From positions 164,287 to 228,286 of the IMG/VR virus record IMGVR_UViG_3300032242_002041: a DNA stretch of 64,000 nucleotides; one strand, 5' to 3'. The notes under the pieces are model-generated. The model was not told where the DNA came from and did not search any database. It saw nothing but the letters and a program-made list of their open reading frames with translations. A program made the position numbers and the translations under genes. Below are positions 17,642 to 26,943 of this stretch, piece by piece; the stretch's first letter is position 1, and each line of letters begins with the position of its first letter.

Positions 17642-19341
17642 TAGGCCTCCAGATTATCTAGTTTTGATTCATCTAAATCGGCATCATCTCCATCAATGCC
17701 ATCGTTTGATTCCTCTACTTCAAATAATGCATTAAATTGACTGTGTGCGTTTTTGGCTTTTTTACCTTTGAATCCGCGTGTGCCTACAATGTCCATCCAG
17801 TAACGATCATAAGACTCAATAATGGCTTCGGCTTCGGCACGATCAGGCGTAGCAAAGATGGCTTCTACAATGTCTTTAAATCGTGTATGATCTCCGTTTT
17901 GATCCCACATCATGGCGGGCCAAGATCCGTTGTCATATTCACGATTAGCTCTTTGTACAGCTTCTAGGTGCATCCAAACATTATGGCCCATTAGTAATGC
18001 ATAACTAAAACTATCCCACGATGTCTTGCCTTCTTTGCCAATCTTGTTCAACATACCAGGTTGATAGTAACAAACATCCTTCATTTGTAACTGTAGACTG
18101 ATTGGACTCTCGTCAAAGTGATCAACAAGACCATCGGCTACTACCGCTTGTCCATACGGACGAGTATCTGTTGAATACTTTTTATCGTCCGCAATTGGAC
18201 TCATTCGATAGCACCACTTTTCGTTGTGTGGAAGGTCGATGTGGTGGTAGACTTGCCCATTTGCTGTAGCCAAAAACGGCGAAGCACAATCAAAACTAAT
18301 AGTAAAAGAAGGATTAACATACTTACGAACTGCACGTTGAATGTCTGTAAGTAATACTGCCCACTCTAATTTACTTGTGCCCAAGAAGTGCATCCAATCA
18401 TGCACACCTTCTTTTAACAAGCCATCGTGGCGTAATGCTACAAGTCTACGCAGGACCAAATGCACATCGCACATGTTCTGACCACCCATTGACCAACCAT
18501 CAAAGTGTGTGTCTGGGTATATGGCAGGGTCACAATAGTGTTTCATTGTTTCATACCAACGATCTGCGTCAGCGTGATTGGCACCTTGTAAAACATTAAG
18601 AACTTTCATGCCACCATTCTTGGCGCCCTTGCGGTGCTTCATGTAATAGTCATTATTATATTTGGTAGCAGCCACAGCTTCTTCTAGTGTAGTAATGCCA
18701 CACTTGGCGCTGGCGTGTTTGTCATGTATGACCCAGGTTGGTATATCAAGTGTCATACCATAGTCGGCAACACCATCTAACCATTTGAGTACAGCTTCAC
18801 GTTTCTTCTGTGCAGCATCTAATAGATTTTGATAATTTTTAACATGATCAATCTTAATGTATTTGGTATTACCATTCTTATCGTGCTTGGGGGTACCATC
18901 GGGTTTAAGATCCGGCACATGCTCAACACCCTTGGCCCGGAGCTCGGCCATCTTGGCCAACACCACTGGACTTGTTGGGTCGCGCCACTCACCTTCCCAT
19001 AGACCTTTGGCAATTTGGAATCCACCTGAGTCGCCTAGCATTACAGTGCCAGGTTCACGATTACGAACCATATCCTCTGACCAGTCTTGTTTGGTTAGAT
19101 CCAAGTTGGCATGTCCACCCGAATACAAAGACCACTTATATGGAAATAAGCTCTTGGCGCTGTTAAGCCAGTTCATCATTTCCATATCTTTCATGCCAGC
19201 TGGCATACGAGTTTTTGGGTCTACATACGGTCCGTTTACTGGATCTCGTTGTTTACCTATGTAAGTGGCATAGAAACCACTAATAGCTGGCAAGAACACA
19301 GCATAATCGTTTTGTTTGGCTGTAAGATTATCTTGAGTCAT
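17641..19341 (-). CDS. dpdA: divergent tRNA-guanine transglycosylase-like protein (DpdA family, probably DpdA3-type)
   Basis: DSGGFQ, MTLDIP, VLQG, HFLGTS, SFDCASP TGT core motifs; in folE/queD/queE cluster. Confidence 0.8.
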   Translation of the reverse strand: MTQDNLTAKQNDYAVFLPAISGFYATYIGKQRDPVNGPYVDPKTRMPAGMKDMEMMNWLNSAKSLFPYKWSLYSGGHANLDLTKQDWSEDMVRNREPGTVMLGDSGGFQIAKGLWEGEWRDPTSPVVLAKMAELRAKGVEHVPDLKPDGTPKHDKNGNTKYIKIDHVKNYQNLLDAAQKKREAVLKWLDGVADYGMTLDIPTWVIHDKHASAKCGITTLEEAVAATKYNNDYYMKHRKGAKNGGMKVLNVLQGANHADADRWYETMKHYCDPAIYPDTHFDGWSMGGQNMCDVHLVLRRLVALRHDGLLKEGVHDWMHFLGTSKLEWAVLLTDIQRAVRKYVNPSFTISFDCASPFLATANGQVYHHIDLPHNEKWCYRMSPIADDKKYSTDTRPYGQAVVADGLVDHFDESPISLQLQMKDVCYYQPGMLNKIGKEGKTSWDSFSYALLMGHNVWMHLEAVQRANREYDNGSWPAMMWDQNGDHTRFKDIVEAIFATPDRAEAEAIIESYDRYWMDIVGTRGFKGKKAKNAHSQFNALFEVEESNDGIDGDDADLDESKLDNLEA

Positions 19342-19344
19342 CTA

Positions 19345-20067
19345 TTATTTAGACTGTGCTGGAATGATATAAGTGTAAGTAGCCAATCCAGAATCAACAG
19401 TAATCTGTGCTGCGCCATCGTCGCTGATCTTCATAACTTTATCGCCGGTTAAATCTAAAATACTAATAACTGTTTTAATTGGCCAACTCCAAGCACGTTT
19501 AAGAGTACCTGTTACACCTGGGTGGAACACAAAGTTACCTGCGTGTGTTGAATGGTCGCCGAAGAAGAATTTTAAATCGCCGTCTTCTGTTTTTGCTTGA
19601 AAGTTAACTTCTTCGGCATTGGCACTGGCCTGCATCTTCAATCGTTGAATAGCTGCTACAGTTGGTTCAAACTCAACGTGCCAAGGAACGCCTTTAAATT
19701 TAACTGTTTTGGCCTTTTGATCAACATGTTCGGCAGCCATAAAGCGATAATTATTTTTAAAGTCGCCGGTGGCATTTTTAAAATTAATACCATCTAGTGC
19801 CCCGGTATCTTTCTTTGTTACACCAAGTTCTGCACCTTCTTTATACTCTGGCAAGTTTAATAAAATATTAAGTTTAGCCAAATTTGGCATGCCAAACAAA
19901 CCAATAAACTCTGGCACCGGGTTGGTATATTTGCCTTCTACAATTACGCTACGATCTTCAGCAATACCAAATATTTCGGTTGCCTTGTCATCGCCTGTAA
20001 TTTTAACTAGGTCAATACAGCCTAATTTGTGTGTGTGTTCTACTAAGTCTAGTAAATGATCTTTCAT
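19345..20067 (-). CDS. DNA polymerase sliding clamp (gp45/PCNA-like)
   Basis: About 240 aa two-domain beta-rich protein ending YTYIIPA, near polB; SD AGGAGA before ATG 20067. Confidence 0.65.
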   Translation of the reverse strand: MKDHLLDLVEHTHKLGCIDLVKITGDDKATEIFGIAEDRSVIVEGKYTNPVPEFIGLFGMPNLAKLNILLNLPEYKEGAELGVTKKDTGALDGINFKNATGDFKNNYRFMAAEHVDQKAKTVKFKGVPWHVEFEPTVAAIQRLKMQASANAEEVNFQAKTEDGDLKFFFGDHSTHAGNFVFHPGVTGTLKRAWSWPIKTVISILDLTGDKVMKISDDGAAQITVDSGLATYTYIIPAQSK

Positions 20068-20098
20068 ATAATTCTCCTTGTTGTTGATTGTACGTGGT

Positions 20099-21058
20099 TT
20101 ATTTAGATTCTGCAACGGGTTTAGGTAATATTTGTGCCAAGGCCTGGCCACCACGGTATGATTGCCATTTTCCTGGTTTACGAAATTCTATCCAGGTCCA
20201 CGGCCCGTTGTCGTGATAGGTAAAGTGTTGTTCAAATCCTAAACTTTCAGCAAACGATAGAATCAGTGACCCCGGTGTGTACAGCCCTGTTGTTGCTTCA
20301 ACTGCTTTGACCCCTTCCCATCGATCACAGTCATTAAAGGTCATTAAGAGCATGCCCCCTGGGCGCATCTTTCTATAAAGTTCTATTAGGTATTGACGAA
20401 TTATTTCAAAAGGTCTATGGTTAAAATAATTCCAAGCAAGTACTAATCCAAATTGATTATTGGGCAATTGCCACAATATATCCTGATCTTGATCTTCTCG
20501 TATTGTGTAAGTTCGTAATCTACGTTGATATGCTTCATTGAACTGTGATAAAACTGGTTTTAACAGTTCATAATCTTCGTCAACAAGATATATAGGATCA
20601 TTGTTAACCATGTTGTGTATCCAAGATTCTACTCCAGGACGCAAAATCATAGTTGTATTTTGCCAACCAGAAACTCGCGTAATGCGATTTATGAGAAGTT
20701 CTCGAGTCTGGTCTGATACAGGCAAACGACTACTAAGAACATTATTAACATACTCGTTTGGGTCTCTCCATTTGTACCAACTATATCGATAAGAACGAAA
20801 TTCTTCATATGTTTTATAACTATTTTGTAGGTATGGCTGTTCTTCTTTTCTAATTTGATCGTATACTTGACGTTTAATAGTGTTGAATGCACTTTCAAAT
20901 TGATCAAATGAATTTAGTACATCGGAACGCAGATTTTCTAATTCTGAATGCTGAGATATTTGAATAATTTTTTGTAATTCTGCGTCAGCAAACCGTTTGG
21001 CATCTATTGCGGTTATAGAACACAGTTGATTGTAGTAGTTAACTAGATCGCTTAACAT
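20099..21058 (-). CDS. class I SAM methyltransferase-like protein
   Basis: FGLVLAWNYFNH...LYRKMRPGGMLL motif. Confidence 0.55.
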   Translation of the reverse strand: MLSDLVNYYNQLCSITAIDAKRFADAELQKIIQISQHSELENLRSDVLNSFDQFESAFNTIKRQVYDQIRKEEQPYLQNSYKTYEEFRSYRYSWYKWRDPNEYVNNVLSSRLPVSDQTRELLINRITRVSGWQNTTMILRPGVESWIHNMVNNDPIYLVDEDYELLKPVLSQFNEAYQRRLRTYTIREDQDQDILWQLPNNQFGLVLAWNYFNHRPFEIIRQYLIELYRKMRPGGMLLMTFNDCDRWEGVKAVEATTGLYTPGSLILSFAESLGFEQHFTYHDNGPWTWIEFRKPGKWQSYRGGQALAQILPKPVAESK

Positions 21059-21059
21059 A

Positions 21060-23717
21060 TTACCACTCAAATAAAGTTTGGAAGGTATTTTCGGTGTTAG
21101 TAGCTGCCGCTAGATCCCATTCCAACACACCTAACAAATTGTCTAATTTTTGATCTACCACTGTGGCTTCCATTTCGCTGTCATCAAATGGTAGTTCTTT
21201 AAACCACGTAGGAAGATGTGTTTCATCAGTAGGATAACCTATTGACGTCCAGCCCAGTGGGTTTGCTTTAAGTTTGCAAACAATAGTTTTCATGCCATCT
21301 ACAATTTGCATACTATACTTGTCACTGTTCATACGACGCAAATTGTTCCAGTTAAGTGCGGCACGGACATGTCCTGGCATGTTGGCTTTGCCTAGGCGTT
21401 CTTCTTCCTTGCCATATTTGGTCAAGTTGTTTACACGCTTAGGACTACCCTTTTCCCAACCTGGACGTTCTTTGAACTTGTACTTGAACTCGCGAATCTT
21501 TTCAATGATTTCTTCACGACTTGTGCCAATTAGTACCTCATCAAGAATTTGACTTAGGAATTCTTGAATAACCTTAGGAGTATCACTACGCTTGAGATCT
21601 AATCCCATGGCTTTTACTTTACCCGGTGATCCGTGTGTGTCTACACGCTTGTTTTCTTTGTCGTAGTACATGACAGCATACCGCTTTTTAGTAATAAACA
21701 AGCCTTTACTGGCAACAATCTCACGTCCACCTTTAATAACATCGCCCATCTCCCTAGGCACGTGAAATGCTTGTTCCATAAAACCTGGAAAGCTATCGTT
21801 AACTTGATCAGCAATACTGTTATACAGTCGAACGGCAATTTCACGACTCCAGGTCATGTTGCCTGCTTCTATTTCTTTTTGTAGTACAGGATACGCTGTA
21901 AAATAACACGAGTCTGTATCACCATATATAATTGCCTCGCCTACGTGATCATACACACCTGTGATACATTCGTTCACATACGCATCCATATGCCGGGCAA
22001 TTGCACGACCAGTAAGAGTTGTGGATTGACCAATACGCTTATCAAAGAAACGGCAACCAGGATTAAGAATAGCACCATAGAGACTGTTGAGGTTAATCTT
22101 TTTAACAAGTTGACGCTTGTCCCAGTATTCTTCATCTTCTGCATTTTTACACTCCTTTAATCGGGCCTGCATCTCTTTACGTTCAGCATACCAACGTTTT
22201 AACAATCCTGGAATAACAGCTTCCTTCTCATAGGTAAAGATAGTACCGTTAGCGGTAATCATCCAAGGATGATTGCTATCAAAAATTATCTTCCATATGT
22301 CAGCGGCACTGTGTACACTCTCCTCACCGTCTTTCCAGTCAATGGTAATTTCTGTACCTACTTCGGTATTCATGACTGCTTCGTATTCTAAACTTCCAAA
22401 CAGGCCTTCCCATGCCCCGGCAAATGAGCTACCTGCTCGCATCTTATCACCAATATAGCGTTCAGTCATTATAGGTCGGAGTTGTCCTACAATAGTTTCA
22501 GGTCCCATATTAAGTGCTCTAATAGCACTTGGATACAGTGAGTTAATATCTATACTACCTACATACTCGTGTATGCCTTTTTTTGGAAACGCAACATAGG
22601 CACCTGCGGCTTGTGTGTCTTCATCCGAATAGCGTTCCTTGCGATTAGGCACAACCATACCACGCTCGTGTGCTTCGTTAATAATTGCTTGTTCTGTTAC
22701 AGCTACAGCACCCATTGTAGTTTGTAGTAACACTGTGTTTTCGTGTGCTAGGGTATTGGCCAAATCCAAGAACTTTAATTTCTTATCCAGCTTGGCAAGA
22801 ATCATTGTGTCCTGACGGTTATATTCGATAAACTTTTTAAAGTTTTGATTGTACAATTGATCAAGTGTGCCTTCAAACACCGTCTTGGTTTCTTGTAACT
22901 CATATTCAGCAATAGCATCCAAACTATAACTATGGCGTTCTTCGTATGTGTACTTGCGATACAGTTGCATATAGTCCATATGCACACGACCAATTAAATC
23001 GTAGGTTTCGTTTTCTGCACCAAAGCGTTCGAACATACGTTTCTTAGGGTACTGGTTCCACAGGCAAAATCTGCGTGTATCATCCTTGCTGAGAATACGT
23101 GTAACACGATTTACTGTGTAGGGTATATCATAACCCTCTGAGTTCCAACCGGATAGTGCATCGGCGTCTTCGATAAGGTCCAAGAATGTTTTTAACATTT
23201 CATCTTCACGCTCAAAGACGACGCAGTTTTCAAACTCCTTGGCAATTTCGTTCGCAGTTGCACGACTCATATGCTTGGGCGGAACAACTAGCGTGACCAT
23301 TTGATCGAGCCATTGCAAGTAGACCGAGATTGCAGTGATAGCATTAAATGGATCTGTTGTTGGTGAGAAACCACGTTCGGGATCAAAGTCTACTTCAATG
23401 TCAAAGAATGCTACGTTTAACTTGGGACCATCTTGCCCTTTGTAGTTTTCTTCTAAGCACCGAAAGATTGGATTGATATCACTCTCATACAGTTGCTTGC
23501 CTGACTGTATGCGAATTTCTTTACGAAACTCTTTGTTGTTGCGTGTGCTGAATCTACTGACAGGTGTGCCGAATAGGCTTAGGAATTTACCACGAGGATC
23601 CTCGTAATAAAATACATAGTTGGCCGGATATTCTTGATAGGTTCTACGTCCATCCTTCCGTTCAACTACATGAATACGATCGTGTTCACGATCAAATAGT
23701 GCATCTACATAACTCAA
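21060..23717 (-). CDS. polB: family B DNA polymerase
   Basis: FFDIEV ExoI, WNSEGYD, DINSLYPS, KINLNSLYG, YGDTDS, KKRY; TTG start. Confidence 0.97.
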   Translation of the reverse strand: MSYVDALFDREHDRIHVVERKDGRRTYQEYPANYVFYYEDPRGKFLSLFGTPVSRFSTRNNKEFRKEIRIQSGKQLYESDINPIFRCLEENYKGQDGPKLNVAFFDIEVDFDPERGFSPTTDPFNAITAISVYLQWLDQMVTLVVPPKHMSRATANEIAKEFENCVVFEREDEMLKTFLDLIEDADALSGWNSEGYDIPYTVNRVTRILSKDDTRRFCLWNQYPKKRMFERFGAENETYDLIGRVHMDYMQLYRKYTYEERHSYSLDAIAEYELQETKTVFEGTLDQLYNQNFKKFIEYNRQDTMILAKLDKKLKFLDLANTLAHENTVLLQTTMGAVAVTEQAIINEAHERGMVVPNRKERYSDEDTQAAGAYVAFPKKGIHEYVGSIDINSLYPSAIRALNMGPETIVGQLRPIMTERYIGDKMRAGSSFAGAWEGLFGSLEYEAVMNTEVGTEITIDWKDGEESVHSAADIWKIIFDSNHPWMITANGTIFTYEKEAVIPGLLKRWYAERKEMQARLKECKNAEDEEYWDKRQLVKKINLNSLYGAILNPGCRFFDKRIGQSTTLTGRAIARHMDAYVNECITGVYDHVGEAIIYGDTDSCYFTAYPVLQKEIEAGNMTWSREIAVRLYNSIADQVNDSFPGFMEQAFHVPREMGDVIKGGREIVASKGLFITKKRYAVMYYDKENKRVDTHGSPGKVKAMGLDLKRSDTPKVIQEFLSQILDEVLIGTSREEIIEKIREFKYKFKERPGWEKGSPKRVNNLTKYGKEEERLGKANMPGHVRAALNWNNLRRMNSDKYSMQIVDGMKTIVCKLKANPLGWTSIGYPTDETHLPTWFKELPFDDSEMEATVVDQKLDNLLGVLEWDLAAATNTENTFQTLFEW

Positions 23718-23788
23718 ATTTTTCTCCGTTTATGGCCGGTTAGCCATGATTCATGCTCCTTATGGGAGCGACTCAGTAAATATTTATA
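23718..23788 (-). promoter_or_regulatory. polB TATAAATA promoter and two-hairpin leader (putative translational operator)
   Basis: TATAAATA 23781-23788; GCUCC/GGAGC and AUGGC/GCCAU stems; loop CCG complementary to CGG at the SD. Confidence 0.55.
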
Positions 23789-23801
23789 TACACAACTCGA
23801 C

Positions 23802-24875
23802 TCAGTTAAAATTTCCTTCAAACCATGTGTCCGGAAGTAACTTTGCCTGGTTAATTAAATCTAATGCTATAATTTTTTCTGGATGTAAATTATTAAAAAC
23901 ATCGTGAGTTTTAAATTCATGTTTATCCCAGGTATTCCAATTGGTCAGTCGAGAGTATTCAACTCGATCAACATTGTATAGCTTGCACAGACTGTAAAAT
24001 TCAAGAATTTCTCGAAAGTTAGATTGTTGCACAATCATTCGAGTATTAAACTTGAATCCTACTGCCTCTTTTTTATTTTTTAAAAATTCCAAAGACCTTA
24101 AAATGTCTGGCCACTGGCCACCGCGTCTAATTTTTTCATATGTATCGGGTCTAGCTGCATCAACTGATATAGTTACATTACTAATTGCTGATTCTATGTG
24201 TTTGACTCTATGCCAATTTTTTTCAGCCAATAAGCCATTACTGTGTAAACTTATTGCTATGTTTGGAAAGTCTTTTAAATTTAATAGTCCCAAAAAACTT
24301 TGTATCATAGGACTAGAAAAAACTTCTCCAGCGCCACTGGTTACTAAGTGTATACGTTGACTAGATGGTTTTGAAAAAATATTTTGAAAGATACGTTGAC
24401 TAATTTCTTCTTGTCTAGCTATATCTTCCTCACTGATTTTGGTTACCTTTGTTCTACAACTAGGACAACTAAGATTGCAGGTAGAATCAACATTTAACGC
24501 AATTTCGTAAGGCATGTCATGTAGACTGGCATCTTCGATTTGCCGAGCTACATTTAACGGAAGAGTGTCCGCGGTGTTTAAATTGCCATTGATTATTAAT
24601 GCACATTGATTCTCGTCGCAATAATCATAAGTGCCATCTATAATGCTTTGTCTGATGCGTTGTGCTTTTGGAGACGACAGCATCTGTTCCAGTGTTTCGG
24701 TTAAAATATTTCCAATTCTGGTATCGCCCCAACCGGGACAGGGGCAAAGATGAACTTCGCCTATGACACTGATGTGTATGTTTATAAACGGACTAAGACA
24801 AAAGTAACCTTTAAGATTCTTAGGAGGAAACTTTTTCTTATCTATAAACACCACCGGAACAGCTACAGAGTTCAA
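23802..24875 (-). CDS. radical SAM protein with N-terminal SPASM/twitch-like domain
   Basis: FCLSPF..CPC..YCDENQC, CNLSCPSC, GAGEVF. Confidence 0.85.
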   Translation of the reverse strand: MNSVAVPVVFIDKKKFPPKNLKGYFCLSPFINIHISVIGEVHLCPCPGWGDTRIGNILTETLEQMLSSPKAQRIRQSIIDGTYDYCDENQCALIINGNLNTADTLPLNVARQIEDASLHDMPYEIALNVDSTCNLSCPSCRTKVTKISEEDIARQEEISQRIFQNIFSKPSSQRIHLVTSGAGEVFSSPMIQSFLGLLNLKDFPNIAISLHSNGLLAEKNWHRVKHIESAISNVTISVDAARPDTYEKIRRGGQWPDILRSLEFLKNKKEAVGFKFNTRMIVQQSNFREILEFYSLCKLYNVDRVEYSRLTNWNTWDKHEFKTHDVFNNLHPEKIIALDLINQAKLLPDTWFEGNFN

Positions 24876-25135
24876 AGAGTCTTGCCTACTGTAACTAAAA
24901 TTTGTTCAAGTAATTCGTGATCCTGTTGCTCACGACCAAACTCACTCTTGTGTGCCAGCTTGATAGCCTTCTTGAGAATGTTGGGTTTGATGTCTAATTC
25001 TTCGGCAATGGCTTTGATAGTATCGTTAAGTCCACCTGTGAGTGTTTCGATCTCCAAGGTCACCTGCATACCTTCGTTAATAACCTGGGTCAATTTGGCC
25101 TGTTCGGCTGTGTTAAAAGTTCTGTTGTTAGACAT
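24872..25135 (-). CDS. small dsDNA-binding protein (T4 DsbA/GapR-like)
   Basis: Helical IETL..LNDTIKAIAEELDIKPNILKKAIKLAHK pattern; sigma70-like promoter at 25157-25184. Confidence 0.55.
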   Translation of the reverse strand: MSNNRTFNTAEQAKLTQVINEGMQVTLEIETLTGGLNDTIKAIAEELDIKPNILKKAIKLAHKSEFGREQQDHELLEQILVTVGKTL

Positions 25136-25210
25136 GTAAATCTCCTTTGTTCTGCTATTATATACGATTATTTTAAAAAGTCAAGCCTGGATTGGCTAAA
25201 CTTAAATGCG

Positions 25211-26110
25211 TCAACCTAATATTATTAGATTAACAGACACAAAGTCTTCTCGCCACCTACAAAATATTCTATCTAGTTGGTCCTGGTCTCGATTAACAAT
25301 ATTACCCAATGGATAATCTCCCCAAAGGTCTTGATAAGTAACCGCATTTTGATCCATCCATTTGCGAAACAATGGACCTTGATAGATCTCTTGTCTATAA
25401 GTTCCGTTTACTAATTTGCAACCGCCCCAACTCATGTGATGACCGGTTGTGTCCCAATGGTTAGGATCATCATTGTCGATAAAACTTTGCATGGTTGTTT
25501 TGCCATGCACAGCTTGATCCAAAATTAAATCAGCGTGTTCCCAGCTGTGGTATTGACGATGAGGAGCTAGATCAACATAACCAATTTTAAATCCGTGTCT
25601 ATCTAACTTAGGCTGAAAATTAAACTCCAATCCAGCTGTGCTTAATTCTTTTTTTGGATACTCATGAATAGTGGATTCTAAAACATGCACTACCTGATTT
25701 AATTCGTTCAACCAGTAATACTCAGCAGATAGTTCTAAATTATCAGTTGTTATTCCTTGAATATAATCATCAAACCAACTAGGATTGTTAGTTATTATCC
25801 GTTGAGAATGCTCAGTAAACCATCTATGCCATACATTAAGATGGTGTTGTGTAATCTCTTCCGGTGTACTAACCGGTAACGGTATAGGTAAAGAAGTCTT
25901 GGACAATTCTTGTTGCACTAATTGTTGATGAACCCACTGTGATTGATTTGCAACTAATAAGTTTGTTGCTATTCCTTGCTTTATTACACTTCTAGACTGG
26001 GGAAGTTTTTTGCAATATTCACCCCAGGCGCAAACTCCCGGATTATCTATTAAATCAATTAATAAACTTTCGGTGCTAGATCTAAATTTGATATCAATTT
26101 TTAGTTGCAT
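25211..26110 (-). CDS. hypothetical protein
   Basis: 299-aa AT-rich ORF. Confidence 0.7.
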   Translation of the reverse strand: MQLKIDIKFRSSTESLLIDLIDNPGVCAWGEYCKKLPQSRSVIKQGIATNLLVANQSQWVHQQLVQQELSKTSLPIPLPVSTPEEITQHHLNVWHRWFTEHSQRIITNNPSWFDDYIQGITTDNLELSAEYYWLNELNQVVHVLESTIHEYPKKELSTAGLEFNFQPKLDRHGFKIGYVDLAPHRQYHSWEHADLILDQAVHGKTTMQSFIDNDDPNHWDTTGHHMSWGGCKLVNGTYRQEIYQGPLFRKWMDQNAVTYQDLWGDYPLGNIVNRDQDQLDRIFCRWREDFVSVNLIILG

Positions 26111-26114
26111 ATTA

Positions 26115-26229
26115 ACCTGTAGCTCACTTTAAGTTACCATTCCGGGGCACGACTCCCATAATAACTAACCCAGCAGCCGGGCACACCCAAAGTAACGGTA
26201 ACGTCCTAAGGTAGGTGTTTTATACAGGT
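26115..26229 (-). ncRNA. candidate structured non-coding RNA
   Basis: GC-rich intergenic segment closed by ACCUGUA/UACAGGU with internal stems ACACC/GGUGU, GCCCGG/CUGGGU, AGUUAUU/GGUAACU, GGG/CCC. Confidence 0.45.
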
Positions 26230-26300
26230 GCATAGGGATTACGTTTGTAATCGCTATTATCACCTTCTTGTTGTTCTGGATAAATTGGATAATCGTTCAT
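26220..26300 (-). CDS. 26-aa micro-ORF
   Basis: MNDYPIYPEQQEGDNSDYKRNPYAPV; starts 5 nt after the upstream stop. Confidence 0.5.
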   Translation of the reverse strand: MNDYPIYPEQQEGDNSDYKRNPYAPV

Positions 26301-26304
26301 ATGT

Positions 26305-26943
26305 CTACTTACCGTCGACATGGAGCTGGCTACCATTATTGAAGCTGGGGCTAAATGGACTTTGTGCTACACGCCCGCCTTTGGATTGTGACCATGCATA
26401 GCCGGCACGATGTCCTGAACAGTCTTTGGTGCAAGGGCTACCAAGGAAGCTGAGTTCGTTTAATTCATCTTTGAGCCAGGTATCAGCAAAGGCTTTGCAC
26501 AATGCTTGAATTTTTTTATTTCGAGTAATTTCTAAATGATATGTTTTATTACCGGCTTTGGTTTGTTGACTAGGATCTCTATAGCCAGCATAGACTTTAT
26601 GTACCGGTGTACTACTGATCAAATCTCGACAGCTAGAACCCGCACGTTCAGGCATGGGTTCGGTGCAAGGACTACAGGTAGTCAGGATGATACTGCCATT
26701 GGGTATGTCGCCAAAACGGTCATGATACGCATCAATAGCCGCTCGTTCAGCGTGAACATCACCTGATTCGATCCAGTAGTTCAGTGCTGCCACACAGTTG
26801 TTGTTACGATCCAGCACCGCGGCTGCACACATCATGTAAGCATCGGGATCTCGACGCTGTCCGTCAATTACCAACTCACAAAGACGTACCAGGATTTCAT
26901 CTAGTTGCTTTCTATCATGTATTTGAAAATCACTTATGCGCAT
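26305..26943 (-). CDS. zinc-dependent deaminase-like protein plus C-terminal Cys peptide
   Basis: HAE...SPC..C deaminase motifs; MRISDF leader; LNE boundary before PCTKDCSGHRAGY. Confidence 0.75.
   Translation of the reverse strand: MRISDFQIHDRKQLDEILVRLCELVIDGQRRDPDAYMMCAAAVLDRNNNCVAALNYWIESGDVHAERAAIDAYHDRFGDIPNGSIILTTCSPCTEPMPERAGSSCRDLISSTPVHKVYAGYRDPSQQTKAGNKTYHLEITRNKKIQALCKAFADTWLKDELNELSFLGSPCTKDCSGHRAGYAWSQSKGGRVAQSPFSPSFNNGSQLHVDGK

Noticed and set aside
17641-19341. Housekeeping tRNA-modifying Tgt
   Set aside because: Very divergent, lacks the C-terminal zinc motif, and sits beside phage replication genes
21060-23717. Intein or intron in polB
   Set aside because: Normal length and continuous motifs; no splice-junction residues
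26115-26229. tRNA or SRP RNA
   Set aside because: No T-loop GTTCRA/cloverleaf or SRP GGAA-loop consensus on either strand
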